Shown piece by piece: positions 13,999-28,800 of a stretch of 64,000 nt of DNA. Origin of the DNA: the human T2T-CHM13v2.0 reference genome, Homo sapiens; the NCBI RefSeq assembly GCF_009914755.1, contig NC_060937.1; one strand, 5' to 3'. Below the pieces are notes generated by a model that made no database searches, was not told the origin of the DNA, and worked only from the letters and a program-made list of their open reading frames with translations. A program made the position numbers and the translations under genes. Numbering within the stretch: the first letter of the stretch is position 1; each line of letters starts with the position of its first letter.

Positions 13999-14244
13999 CC
14001 ACTTTGAAAATGACCAAGGATATTTCCTAGATAATTTAATCAGATTTTAATGCAAATCTTCTGTCATTTTTAGCAATTTAGCAGCTGCAGGGAATTTTGT
14101 AGGCAAAAGAAATTTGTTGCTTGAATTGAGAGCACAGCAAAGGCCCAGGTCTGTGTACCTATTATGATGGTGTTAAATTTGTGAACTTCTTATTAATAAT
14201 AAAGAAACCTGAATTCATGGCCTATCTGTTGACCTCTTAGCATC

Positions 14245-14473
14245 AATTATACCATTGGTTATAACAAAATAATACTTATTGCTTGAATAAATATAAGGGT
14301 AATATAAATACCCAGTAGATTTTGATTCATATTTGGTCCTTAAATATTGGTTTGTGAGTTACTATTGATGTTCATGGAACCTCAGAAGAAAAATTCAAAA
14401 CACTCTTTTTAGCATTATATTCTTAAATTATTTTTCTATTTATTCTTGGTCTTCTAAACAGAATGTACTTTAT
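14245..14473 (+). repeat. Dispersed duplication A, copy 1 (229 bp)
   Basis: Ungapped match to 42061-42289 with about 27 mismatches by manual alignment. Confidence 0.95.
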
Positions 14474-16397
14474 TTTAGAAAGAGAATCTCTCTTTTGTCA
14501 ATGCTGGTTTTACAGAACCTAAAATTAATGAGAGAAATAGTTTTGAAAGAATGAAATTGCCTGCCTTTCTGGCTCATTTAGAGCCTTCAAAACGAGTATG
14601 GGTTATATCATAATAAATAGTTTAATTTAAAAATAAATTTATTAGTGTACAAATATTCAAACATAAATGGCTATAAGGAAATTTTTTGACTCATTATTTC
14701 ATAAAATAGAAGGTTTTAACCCCACTATCAGTGACAAAGGTGAAGTTGAATATTTGCCTGATGCTTTGTATTTTGAAAGGTATTTTTTACCTGAGTTAGC
14801 ATAATCATTCTAGAAAGTTTAGAAAATATGCCTAACTGAAAAGAAAAAAATTAAAATTACCTGTGATCTCACTTTCAAAATTGATCACTGTTAATATTTC
14901 CGATAACATGTAGGATGTTCTTATGTGCAATATCCCATATTTTAAAAACACTAGTCTATAAGATTTTTTAGTAATAATAAATTATGATATGTCCATATCA
15001 TTTTAAAAATAGGGGCAGATTATTCAGTTTGTAAAGATGAGAGGGGGAAACAGTAAATATTTCTGTTGGTTAAGTCATTTTAACACAGTCACAGCCTTCT
15101 AAAGTTTGTCTTACTTCAAACATCTTATGTAACATACACTTGGCAGTAAAAGGAAAGGATCCAACTGAGCCAGAAAGGCAAAAGCCGATTTCATTCTACT
15201 AACAAGTTTCATATTTGGATAATTGCCGATGTTGTTTCACTTTATTGACAGAACCTGGTCATATCTGATATAAATTTTGATATAAATATATGTTTCTTAA
15301 TTTTCTATTTATGTATTTAAAACTACTATCTGCATAGGTTTCTTTCATAGGTGCTGAAGACAAGAGACTATCAGCCACATGTGATATGAAGTATATTATA
15401 ATGTGGTGAAACACATTACAGACAGTGGTACAAGTAGTGAATTCTCCCTGAAACTAGAAGGACAATAATTCGGTAATTATTCTGACTCTGTTAACAAAAT
15501 TTACTAGAAAGACTAATACATGTTCAAAACTGGGTCATGCTGACAGCACATACATACAAACTCTTGCCTAGCTTTCCATTAACTGACTCATGAAGACACC
15601 AAAAAGCCAATCTCTTGCAATGGCAATGACTCCTAAAAAGATGAAGAAAACCATGTGAAAAGTGCTGCGGAGAGCTTCTGCAACTGAAGACTTACCCTAA
15701 ACATTCTTTCATTTATTATTTAACAGAACTTGTAAGGACTGGAGGGGAAGTAGGGAATTTTGTTTTATCTATAGAATTTGTTTGCATCTATGCAGGACAT
15801 AAAGGATTCTTGGGTTTGAGAAACAGCCTATCTTTACCCCACTTCATGAGGAATCTTTGAAATTTAAGGAAGTGTTTTCTCTTTTCTATTTTCTAACCCT
15901 AGTTTTCATATATGATTTCAGAATCTATAACTCTCAGCATAATAACTACCAAATAAAAAAGGAAAAGCAGTATAGTCTCACATCCTGAGGTATGTAGTGG
16001 CCTCAACGAACATCACTCCAGGCAGAGCTGGGGGTTATTTGAGCCCAAGAGAAATGTATTATGGTGATTTAATCTTTTTTCTAATTTACTTTATAAAAAC
16101 AGAACCTGTATTCAGTGGCTTCACAGGTCACACTACATCCCAAAGATCAAGTGCATTGGAAATGGTTTAGAGTATAGTCTTTTCATGTTCATCAATTAAT
16201 CGTTATTTTAGAGAAAATATCTTTAACATACAAATGATGTGTGGGGTGAAGAATACTCTAAACGTATACCTGATACAGAATATTGAAATTGATAGAATTT
16301 CTTATTTCAGAAAAATGAAACATAAATATAGAAGTAATGTCAAAAACACACTCTAGAATTTTTGGGGGAAATGTTATGATACAAAATAAATAAACAA

Positions 16398-16810
16398 TGT
16401 CTCATCCTGATCTCTTGAAAATAGAGAGCCTGAGGTAAAGTTTAGATGTCAATGTTTTATTGGAGGAGTGGAATTTCAGCTAAGCAAAAAATGAGAAAAT
16501 ACATGAAGCAGAAAATCAGGGCGTTTTAAGGGACTGTACGTACCTTCACAAGTAATCACAGCTGAGTGCCTCGTTGTAGGGAAAGTCTTCAAATACGCTG
16601 TAGGGATACAAAAATATCTCAGATCAGGTGAAAATATTTCAGATCAGGCAATTGACTGAAAGATTGATGCTCACTTATCTGATGCCTCTTTCTCATCTGT
16701 TTTTACTTGGTCAATGTTTGCACCAGAAAATATCAACTCTTTAGCAATTATTGATTTTGTTAACCACCCCTCATGGGCAGCTGCTGTGAAAAGCAGATGT
16801 TCCCTGAGGC
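16398..16810 (-). mobile_element. Possible ancient ERVL LTR (LTR33/LTR16-like)
   Basis: agagagcctgaggtaaag...ttttattggaggag resembles the reverse complement of an LTR33/16 3' end. Boundaries are uncertain. Confidence 0.35.
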
Positions 16811-17157
16811 CGTTCCCATTCGACTTAAACCTACTGAATCTTCTTCAGCCCCTACATCACATGACAAATACAATGGATAAGTGATCAGTACACTTTTAAA
16901 ATACAGGGCATGTATTTTATGTAATAAATACTTTAGAATTTGTGAGTCATTAGTTTTCTTGCCATTAAAAAATAGATAATATAAAACTAACAGGTGTCAC
17001 TATATTCAAATTAGACAGTATATAAAAATACAGATTGTAAGCTGAATATAGGCCATGGATTTACCAAATCCTTCAATAGAGGATATGCCAAGGTCTGCCC
17101 GTCTCTTGGAGACCAAAGTAATCAGTATTGTTAGAAGATAAGACACCATTGTTGGGC

Positions 17158-18028
17158 CGCTCCTAAGTGTGGGTTCCCTGAAGGGCCACAGTTCTCTCCT
17201 TTTCTGTTCTCTCCTTCTCGTCGCCCACAACGTGGCTAGGGGCAGGGCATGTTTCAGCCCTGTTCATGTTACAGCTCTCTAAATTCCACCATTCGGCAGA
17301 TCCTGTGTTCTTGTTCTACATCCAGGAAGAATGAGGTACACGGAAAACTGGAGGATGAGCAAGGCAAAGAGGTGCTTTATTGAGCAACAGTACAGCTTTC
17401 AGGAGACCTGAAGTGGATAGCTCCTTTCCTCAGGCAGGTTCTCCCAACGTCTCTGCAGCCCTCAGCAGAGAGAATACCCAGAGTGTGTAGCTCCTACCTA
17501 CAGTCAGGTCATCCCAATAAGTGTCCAGTTCTCAGCAGAGAGGAGACCCAGAGTGGGTAGCTCCTATTGGCAGGCAGGTCATCCTTTCTTCTGTGCAGAC
17601 CTCAGCACCCCCTCGACCTCCCTCGCATGCTCGTTGGCACCCAAATTCCGGAGAGGGATGAGGTGGCAGGGGGCTGGCATGTCAGCACCGCCGTGAGTGC
17701 ACACACACCCGAAGGGGTCGTGATAGCGCCCAGGCTCGGCCCAAACTTTGCACCAAAATCAGAGCAGACACCAGGAGCAGGGAGAGGCCAGGCAGCGGAA
17801 GCAGGCACTCCCACGCCTGCAGTGTCCAGGGGTTTCCTGAGCCCTGAGAGCACAGGGATGTCCAGGTCCACAACTATGGCTGGGCACCCCACCAACTCAG
17901 AAGAGGGTGGGGCCCCTACCTGTTCTGGCTCCCACGGGCTTCGTGTAGCTCTCAGCCCCAGCCAGGCCTCCCCTGCTGCATCTGGCGTCTTTGTGGCAGC
18001 CACTCAAGATGGGCTGCTGCTGCCATCA
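17158..18028 (-). mobile_element. MER52-family ERV1 LTR, partial
   Basis: GC-rich block whose reverse complement starts TGATGGCAGCAGCAGCCC. Contains ccaggaagaatgaggtac...tttattgag and internal ctcagcagagag...tagctcct repeats. Confidence 0.85.
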
Positions 18029-18318
18029 CTATCAATTTAATAAATAAATAAAATAAATGTTTCAAAAAGGCCACCTGTCTTCTGTGTGCTATTGCATAAG
18101 AGGGACAGGCACACATCTTACATATATGATGTAGTTGTGAGAAAATTTTCAAGTAGAGAAGTGATGGTTTCCATAGTTTTTTGAAGTCTCATTATTCCAA
18201 AGCAGAGGCAATGCATAGATATTTTGTAAATATGATTATTCCAGCAGAAAATAGTATTCCTTGGCCAAGAGAGAGCAAGCCCTGTTCCCACACTGTGTCA
18301 CATGTAGTTAGGTGATCC

Positions 18319-18497
18319 CAGTGAGTCACAATATGTTTCCTGGATCAAAAGTATGAGTGTCACATGGGAACTTAGAAGAAATAAAAATTATAAGGCAACT
18401 CCCCAGATCTACTGAATCACAAACTCTGGTGGTGAGGTCAGCAATCTGCGTTTAATAAGCACTCAATATGATTCTAATTAAGGTTTGAGAAACACTG
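18319..18497. mobile_element. MER5A (hAT-Charlie MITE)
   Basis: About 180 bp with cagtg...cactg termini and ccccagatctactgaatca..aactctgg / gcaatctgcgtttaataagc. Confidence 0.8.
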
Positions 18498-20189
18498 GGT
18501 TGGCCTAAGAGGAGTGGGAGGTAAGACTCCTTTTTTCTAAGAAGTAATTAGGAGATATGTGGGCCCAGGAAAAGCTACGTGTGTGAATAGTTTTGAGTGT
18601 CTGGCCAGGTCCCCCTGAGCCAGCTCTCTGCTCAGTTACTAAAATGGGGAAGAAATAAGACTCAAGTGCCACCAGATGCTGTGAAATAAAACAGAATGAC
18701 AATGATCCTTTATGCTAGGGTTTTAGAAATTTTTTTTGGTATAGATACCACCAGGTAAAATAATTAAATTATTTCGATATATTTTTCAGATTGCATTTCC
18801 AAATTATTTGTGATTCATGTTTTAAAGATATTCAAAGTATGAAGCTATTACTTCTGGTTAGATCTTTTCTTCTTTTAAACAATTTGTAACCATATTGCAT
18901 GGAAACAGCTTTATTTTGATTTCAATTCTGTTTTGGATACAGCAATATAGTCCTAACACTCTTTAATACAAAGACATACAAGTTATTTTAAAAACCCTAA
19001 TTAATTTACATTTTGTGCCAATATCTTGACCAGTGGCTTAAGGAAAATGTTTCTTCTCTCCTATCTCCTTTCTTTCTCTTTTTGTTTCCTTCCACTTTGA
19101 AATGTCTTTCCTATCTTTAGTCCTTTCTTTCTCTTTCTTTCATCTCTAGGGTTACAAACAAAAATCTACTTATTCTTAATGCAAAAAAGACAACATATTG
19201 TAAAAAAATTTAATATGATGAACATGAATTTTTTAAGGAACAGAACATTACCAGTATCTGTACAATCCCTAGCAGGCCCCCTTCTAGTCACTACCCCATA
19301 CTATATATTTATATGAGTGTATAATTTTTTCTATTTTTCACTTGTATAATTGAAATCAAGCAATATGGTCTGCATCACTTTTAATTCTTTGTCATACAAC
19401 TAAAGCTATGAAACCATAACAAGAAATGTAGAAGGCATTTGCAGATGATTTTTAAATTTATCATCATCAGTAAGTAATATAATATATTAGCACATTAGAA
19501 ATTAGTATTGATTTGGACCAAGTATATCAAAGTACTTGAACTATTGCAACCAATATTCCCTAAAATAAAATAGTTCTCTTGTTTTATGCGAGAACCTGCA
19601 TTTTGCTTTTGTTTTGGGTTTCTTTGTTAATTCAACTCAATTTAATTTTAATAATTTAACCAATTATAATAATTAATTACATTTAATTATGTAGATTTAA
19701 TTAATGGAAATCAAAATATTGATGAAACTAATAATTAAATCTTTTTTAAACTCTTTTCTATCTCATATAGAATATTTCAAATGATGTTTATAATTTTACT
19801 CATATATATTCTTATAATACCGTAATTTTGCCTTTTTTATTTGCCTAAAGAATTGTACTACATAAATTATTCTATTTCTTAGATTTTCACTAGCACTGTA
19901 TTTTTATATCTAGTTTTTGATGTTTAATAGTGATATGGCATTATATTTTTCTAATCTATTGGAAAGTTTTATAAGGTTAGATGTGTTTATTTACTATTGA
20001 ATGTTTGTAAATCCTTCTTACAAAAGAACTTGGCAATCTATATTAGTTATTTATTATGGGAAGGTATTAAAATATTGGCTCCAATTATAAAATGGTAAGA
20101 CCATGCAAATTTTCTATTACTCTTGAGTCACTTCTGGTAATTTTTTAGTTTTGTTTTACTTCTTTATTATTGGTATATAATAGCTGTAT

Positions 20190-20768
20190 AAATTGAAAGC
20201 CTTTCCACTTAGAATGTTCCCTTTCACCACTTTTATTCAACATAGTACTGGAAGTCCCAGCCTGAGCAATTAGGCAAGATGGAGAAATAAATGGAAAACA
20301 ACTTGAAAAAGAAGATGTCAAACAATTCTTTTTTGCAGATGGCATGATCTTATATTTAGGAAAACTTAAAGAATCCACTAAAAAACTCTTAGAACCTATA
20401 AACAAATTCAGTAAACTTGCAGGATATAAAACCAACATACAAAAATCAATAGTGTTTCCATACACAAACAGCAATCAATATGACAAAAATAAAGTAATCC
20501 TATTTACAATAGCTACAAAACAATAAAATACCTATAAATAAATTTAGCTAAAGAAGTAAAATAACTCTACAAGAAAAACTATAAAACAATGATACAAGAA
20601 ATTGAAGAAGACAGAAAAAAAATGGAAGGATATCCCATGCTCATGAATTGGAAGAATTGATATTGTTAAAATGTCTATATTACCAAATACTACAGATCCA
20701 ATGTATACTATAGATTAAATGCAATGCAATCCTTATAAAAATACCAATCTGATTGTTCACAGAAATGT
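20190..20768 (+). mobile_element. L1 ORF2 (RT region) internal fragment
   Basis: ttcaacatagtactggaagtcc and ttttgcagatggcatgatc (FADD-like FADG motif); ORF 20344-20526 MILYLGKLKESTKKLLEPINKFSKLAGYK. Confidence 0.9.
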
Positions 20769-21108
20769 TTGTTTTATTTCTGTTAAAATACATCTATTTA
20801 TAATATATATTGTATATTTAATTTCTGTTACATTCATATTTGATGACCTCTATTTCATTCCTAATATTGTTTTTATTTCAGTGTTATTTTTCCCTGATAA
20901 ATCTTGTAATGTTTTATATTTCTTCTATTTTAAGTCTTTTTAAAAAAATTAATTTGAGATATTGAATATTGTCTGTAGGATACTTGCTTTCTACTTTATT
21001 GTTTCCTTCTCTTATCTTATTATTTCTTCTGCTTTCTTTGGTTTTATTTAGCTCTATTTTTATTCCAATTTATATTTTAGAATATTCTTTTCAAATATAA
21101 ACATGTAA

Positions 21109-21310
21109 GCAATGGTGTTCTGGCAAAAAAAAATAATAAAATGTATGAATTGTAGCATTTAACTGTAACTGTAGTGTCACAGTGATAATGGTGGAATGGA
21201 TGCTTCCACCATTCAAGCTACCAACGTGATGTCGGCAAGCTCATAAAATTTCTAAAAATTTAACAATGGACATGCTCAAGTAAAAATGAGCCATTTCCAT
21301 TATAAGCCTT
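21109..21310. mobile_element. MER63-like hAT remnant
   Basis: ttcaagctaccaacgtgatgtc and aaaatttctaaaaatttaacaatgg resemble MER63. Confidence 0.5.
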
Positions 21311-23933
21311 CATTTAGGCTATGTGTTATTTTGTGAAGACTGTCTTGGTTGTATTCCACAAAATTATAAATGTAGCATTTTGTTTTTATACAGTAGTAGT
21401 TGATATTTTCAGCATTTATTTCAATTTATGATGCAATATTTTTGTAGAATTTTTGAATTTTCAAGTATACAAGCTTGTCTAGCTACCTATTCTGATGTCA
21501 ACTTACTCAAAATTTAATTATGAAATATGACCATTATGATATCTAATTGTGGAGATTGAAACTTGCTTTATGGCATAGCATTAGATTACATTTAATTTTT
21601 GTAAATGAACTTAGAAGAGTGCATATTCTCCAATTTGGAAATGCAATATTCAATGTATACTCTTAAGATTAATTTTGATAATTTGTTTCAAATACTCTAA
21701 ATGAACTGTTATCTAACTTACCAATTACTCAAAGGAGACTGTCCATATATCAATTTCACCATATATGCATATAGATGCACACATATATACATGTATATTT
21801 TTTTCATGTCACATATCTAGGACTATACAATTTTTAAAAAAGCATAGCTTCCTGGTGAATTCAAATTTTAATCACTATGCCTTTACCCCTTCTGTTTCTA
21901 ATAATGGTGTTTGGCCTTACAGTCTGTTTTGGCTGATATTTATAAAAGTCAGCTATTTTTATTTTGATTTATTTTATTTGCTTCCTTTTTCCTGCCATAT
22001 TTTTGTTGGAATATAAATTATATTTTTAATCTCTAATATTTAATTTATAAATAATAGTGTTATGGCTGTTCTCTGCTATTTTTCATAGTAATCTAATTGA
22101 TTTCTGTATTTTATTATTCCATTCTAAAAAATCCATTATCTCAGGTTAAATATTCAATCATCTTATGTCAACTTTTCTATTCATTTAATCCATTCTTTAT
22201 TATGTATATTAGCAATTATCTTCATGTAATAAAATATTTATTGATTCATAAATGGCTTTAAGTTTTAGGATTTTCACCCTATCCTTATGATGATTTTATA
22301 CTAAATATCATTTATAACCACAAAAAGTAAACTAGCATTTCATCTTTTGTTTCTGAAGACAATTCTACAGCTCTTTAAAAATACCCAAATTGAAATGAAG
22401 TAGTTGAACAGACGAAATGGAATTAATATTTTATTTAGCCTGTAAAAGTTTGATATTCTTTATCAAAATCCCCATATTAGTCAGATTTTCCAATATTTAG
22501 AGTTAAAGAATGAGAATGCTCCAATAGATGAAGACTTGGGATGGTGTAGCTGTCATTTTTCTCTGCCAAGGAAGATTTATATCATCACATTTCTCCTGAG
22601 TGCAGATGGTATCTGGTAATTCAATTTAGATTCAGTGAGTAGAAAAAAAAAGAGAAATATATACACAAATAATTCTCTAATGTGTTATGCATTAGTAAAA
22701 TGGTATTCATTTGTGTGTAAATTTGCTTAATTGTATTAATAAATGTAAGAAATGATTCATAAACAAGTCAATCATATCTGAGGCAGAAAACATGAAACAC
22801 CATTTTTATATTCAGATTTCTTTGAAAAACAGGTGTTTAATTCATAGTAATTAATTTATAATAATCACATGCCATTAATAGAATTATATTTGTTAACCTG
22901 AAGAATATAATTACAATGACTTGTTAGTGATTCTCTAACAAATCAAGATAGATTATGTATCTGATCTCTAATTTTACTGATACAAAGTTTAAAATAAAAA
23001 GGGGATTAATAACAAGGTAAATTTCTCACAGTAAATAATCAGAAAGATCATTTTTTAAAATAATGTGCTTTGCCATATTCAGAGCTTTAATTCATTCAAT
23101 GTATTTCTGCTCATCATATGCTACATTTCTAAAAAGGAGCCTTAATCAAATCAATTATTTGATCCATATCACACCAAGCTACTGATTTAAGTGAGCTTTG
23201 CTATTAATTTTATTGTTTATTAAATCAAATTCCTTCTTAAAAATTATAGAAACAGAAATGTTTTATAATATATTTTTCTCTAATTGCCACTTTTAAGAAA
23301 ACAAACGATGATAGTTGGCATAGGCTTAAATGATGAAATATCCCCCAAATTTAGAGAATACAACTTATCTTTATGATTGATAAATACAACACAAGGTTCA
23401 TGATCTATAATGCAGCTACCATATGGAGAGTTCCAAATGATTTGTTTGATAATAGCTTAAAATTCCATAGTTATATTTCTCCTTCTAATAATATATTTAA
23501 AATACATAAAAACGTTTAAAGCAATAATCATAACATTATACATATGATAATATATACAGGAAATTAGGAAAAACTAAAACTATATTGGAACAAAATTTCT
23601 ATTTTTCAGCAACATTAAGTTAATGTTATTCTGAGGAATATTGTGATAAATTAATGTAGACATTATTATCCCAGAAGTAACCACGAAAATAATAACTTTT
23701 TTAAAAGAAGTTCAACATCAAAGGCATTAAAATGATGCACTAGAAAATAATTAAACCCTTTAATAAAAATTACAACAAACGAGAATAAATCTAAAAATCC
23801 ACGACATATAGAAAATAAGTAGCAAACTGTTAGGTACAAATACAATTATATCAACAATAATATTAAATATTGTGGATTAAACATCGTTTAAATAGGAGAG
23901 ATTTTTAGACTGTACTTAAAAAGAAAAGATTTA

Positions 23934-24411
<478 letters not shown>

Positions 24412-24442
24412 TCAACAATACTCTACCTACAAAAGAAAGATA

Positions 24443-24825
24443 GAATTAGCCCTTGAATAACATGGGGCCTATGGGTACAAATGTCCTGTACAGTTGAAAA
24501 TATACATATAACTTTTGACTCCCCCAAAACCTAACTACTAATTGACTAATGTTGACCAAAGTCTTACAGATAACATAGTCACTTAACTCATATTTGGCAT
24601 ATTATAGGTATCATGTACTTCATTCTTACAATAAAGTAAGTTAGACAAAACAAAATGTTAAGAAAATTATGAGAAAATATACCTATTATTCATTAAGTGA
24701 AACTAAGAAGAGTGGGAGGAAGAGGAAAGGTGGGTCTTGCTGTTGTAGGGTTGGAAAAAGCAGAAGAAAATCAACCTGTAAGTGGACCTGCATAGTTCAA
24801 ATCCTTTTTGTTCAAGGGTCAACTG
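24443..24825. mobile_element. Tigger2a (TcMar-Tigger)
   Basis: TIRs ...cccttgaa / ttcaagggtcaactg with TA flanks; internal taacttttgactcccccaaaac. Confidence 0.88.
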
Positions 24826-24939
24826 TACTTTAAAGGTAAGACACAACTATGCTAAATGTGGAAGAATGGGAAGAGATATACAATTTTAAGATTAAACTTT
24901 TATATTGAGTTGCCATGTATCTGTGTACATATATATACA

Positions 24940-25150
24940 TGTGTTTAGTAATAAGAGTTAACAATAATTTATCCTATATTTCAAAATAACTAAATGGTTA
25001 GAAATGAAATGTTCCTAACACAAATAAATAATCAGCGCTTGAGTTAATGGATACTGCAATTATTCTGATTTGATCATTGCACATTGTATGCTTGTATCAA
25101 AATATCACAAGTACCTCATAAATATGAACTACTATTGTGTATAAAATTTT
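24940..25150 (+). mobile_element. L1MA 3' end fragment
   Basis: aatgttcctaacacaaa...acattgtatgcttgtatcaaaatatcac. Confidence 0.8.
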
Positions 25151-25852
25151 AAAAATTCATAGGCTATAATGTCAGAAAAAATAAACTTTTAGACAAAAAA
25201 TTAAGTTAAGAGAGACAATTAAGGATATTGTATAATGATAAAGGGTCAATATATGAGGAAGGCATAATAATTATAAATGCACATGCATATACAAGATATC
25301 ACCAAAGCACATGAAGAAAAAGCTGACAGAATTAGAGGCAGACATAGACTTTCAGCAACAGTTGGTGAAGTTCATCACTCTTCAAAATGGAAAGAACAAC
25401 TAGAAAGAAAATTGGCAACAACATAGGTGATGTGAACAACATTATCAAGCAAACTATATTAGCTCACATCTATAGAACACCTCACAAAACACCAGCAGAA
25501 TGCACATTTGTTTCACTGAAATTTTTTACAGAAAAATCATCCACAAATCTATAAAAGAAATCTTAATATTCATACAAATTTAAATCATATAGAATATGTT
25601 TTCTAACCACAATGAACTTAAATGAGAAATCAAAAACAGAAGAAAATATAAACAATTTGAAATATTTGAAAATCAAATGAACCACACCTAAATAACAACT
25701 GGGTCAGACATGAATTACAAGAGAACTTAGAAAATATTTTGAGCTAAATAAATATAAAAATACAACATATCAAAATTTATTACATGCCACAACAGTAGTG
25801 TATAAAAGGAAATCTATTAATGCTAATGTTTACATTAGAAAATAAATGAAGC

Positions 25853-28800
25853 AAAAAGATGGACAACTATACTGAGCCAGAAGGAGCTTCTCCCACTGAC
25901 AGACCAGACTATCAAGAAGACAGGCACACTCTAAGCAGATCTTCAGAAGGAATGCATTGAGATTGGATAGAGGGAGGCTGCAGACCCTAGGAGGGAGTGG
26001 GAGAAAGTCGGGAATTCTGCATGGGGTGGGTGATAACAGAACTAATTCCTGGCTCTGTGGAGTTCTTGGGGAAGGGGTGAGATAAATAGGTGTGGAGTGT
26101 CCCAATCTGACCATGTACTTCTGGAATCCTAGCTGCAGGAGACCCCATGATCCCTAGAGACATTTGAGCTGGTAGGGGCAACTGCTTGTAGAATTGGCAG
26201 GGACAGGACTCCAACCTGTGCAAAGCCCAGAAGGGTTGGCATTTGAATGGCTGCAGTGAGGCACATTCAGAGAAACTCAAAGCCCAATGCTCACCATGCT
26301 CCTCTAAGTGACTCAGGCCTCTGTTGATTGTCAGACCTCAACAAAACAGGCCTTTCTTGGCGGTGGGATGGAGCCAGTCTGATCTGATTGTCCTCGTGTC
26401 TGCCAGCCTCTCCCAAGGTCTCTGCCTGGCTGAACTCACATATAGCACAGCCTCAGTTGTCCAACGGGGGCACTTTCCGGTGGCTACTCCCATAGTTCCT
26501 TTGCCAGTAGACCTTGCCTAACCATCAGAAAGCCTCTGCAGACAGGCAACTACTGGCATGCACCCACCTACAGCCTCCTGCCTCTGCTTTGCCAGTGTGC
26601 ACTCATCCACAGTCCTCCCCAACTGATTTGATGAGTATGTGTGCAAACCTTGTAGCCCTGCCACCAGCAGTGTGCATGTTAGTATGGAACACAATGCCCT
26701 GCTGCCCCAGTGAAGCACTTTTGCTGGTATCCCCCAAGAATGTTGTTGCCAGCAGACTAGGAACACATCAGTCCCTCTAGCACAGCAGGTGCTCCACATC
26801 GAGGAGCCAGAGAACAAAACCGTGCCAGGGTTAGAGCACACAGCCCTGGAGTGCTGAGCTGAGCCGTGGCCCCTTGAAATCATTCAGAAATGATGCCAGT
26901 TGAATGAATCCAACTTATAGCACCGTTAAGTCTTCAAGGTTATCAAAGAATATGAGGCAAAAAGCCTCATTCAAAGGAAAACATCTTCAAAGATTAAGGG
27001 AATATCAGCTCACAAAGATGAGAAAGAATCAGTGCAAGAACTCTGGAAACTCAAAAAATCAGAGTGCCTTTCTACCTCTAAATGACCACACAAGCTCCCC
27101 AGCAATGCTTCTTAACCTGACTGAAATGGCTGGAATGACAGACACAGAAGTAAGAATTTGGATGGCCATAAAGATCATCAAGATTCAGGATAAAGTTGGA
27201 ACCCAATCCAAGGAATCTAAGGAAACCAGTAAAATGATACAATAGCTGAAAGACAAAATAGCCAATTTAAGAAAAAAAAAAACTGATCAAATAGAGCTGA
27301 AAAACTCACTACAAGGATTTCATAATTCATTGAGGAGTATTACCGAAGAATAGACCAAGTTAAGAAAAGAATCTCAAAGCTCAGACACCGGTTATTTGAA
27401 TCAACTCAGCTAGACAAAAATAAAGAAAAAAGAATAAAAACAAATGAACAAAAGCTCGGAGAAATATGGGATTATGTAAAAAGACAAAAGCTACCACTCA
27501 TTGGTGTCCCTGAAAGAGGAGAGAGAGCAAGGAATTTGGAAAAAATATTTGTGAATATTGTCCATGAAAATTTCCCCAACCTTGCTAGAGAGGTTGACAT
27601 TCAAATTCAGGCAATTCAGAGAACTCCTGTGAGACAGTAGAAAAGACAGCCATCCCCAAAACACATAATCATCAGATTCATCAAGGTCAATGTGAACGAA
27701 AAAATATTAAAGCAGCTACAGAAAAGGGTTAGGTCACTTACGAAGGGAACCCCATCAGACTAACAGCAGACCTTTCAGCAGAAACTCTGCCACCCAGAAG
27801 AGATTAGGAACCTATATTTAGCATTTGTAAAGAAAAAAATCCAACCAAGGATTTCAGATCCTGCCAAACTAAGCTTCAAAAGTGAAGGGGAAATAAAATC
27901 CTTTTCAGATTTGCAAATGCCAAGGGAATTCATTACCACCAGACCAGCCTGGCAAGACGTCCTTAAGAAACCCATTATACCAACCACACTCTCAAACTAC
28001 ATCGCAATAAAATAGAAATTTATACCAAGAATCTCTTTTGAAACGATATAATTACATGCAAATTAAACAACCTGCTCCTGAATGACTTTGGGGAAAATTT
28101 AAATTAAGGCAGAAATAAAAAAAAATATTTGAAACAAATGAAAACAAAGATACAACACACCAAAATCTTTGGGACACAGCTAAAGCTGTGTTAATTTGAA
28201 AGGTTATAGTGCAAAGCACCCATATGAAAAAGTTAGAGAAATCTGAAATTGACAACCTAAAATCACACCTAGAGAGACGAAAATAACCAGTAGCATATTA
28301 AAAAGCTAATCCACCATGATAAAGTAGGCTTTATTCCTGGAATGCTAGGTTGTTTCAATATATACAAATTAATAAATGAAATTTATTACATAAATAGAAA
28401 TAAAAATAAAAACTACATGATTATCTCAAAAGATACAAAAAAGGTTTTTGATAAAATTCAAAAACACTTAATATTAAATACCCTAAAAAAACTAGGCATT
28501 AAAGGAACATATCTCAAAATAATAAGAGCTATCTATGACAAATCCACAGTCAACCCCATACAGAATGGGCAAAAACTGGAAACTCTTCCCTTGAGAACTG
28601 GAACAAGACAAGGATGTCCACTCTAACCACTCCTATTCAATATAGTACCACAAATTCTAAACACAGCAATCAGGCAAGAGCAATAAATAAAAGATATCCA
28701 AATAGGAAAAGAAGAATTCAAACTCTCTTTGCTGATGGTATGATCTATTACAAAATGCTAAAGAATCTATCAAAAAGGTCCTAGAATTGATAATCAATAT

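Larger units (their letters stand above)
19790..22000 (-). mobile_element. Ancient L1M ORF2 fragments, interrupted
   Basis: T-rich decayed antisense L1 sequence on both sides of the insertions at 20190-20768 and 21109-21310. Confidence 0.45.

Noticed and set aside
17567-18040. 157-aa and 133-aa overlapping ORFs
   Set aside because: They lie within the GC-rich MER52 LTR and show no recognisable domain.
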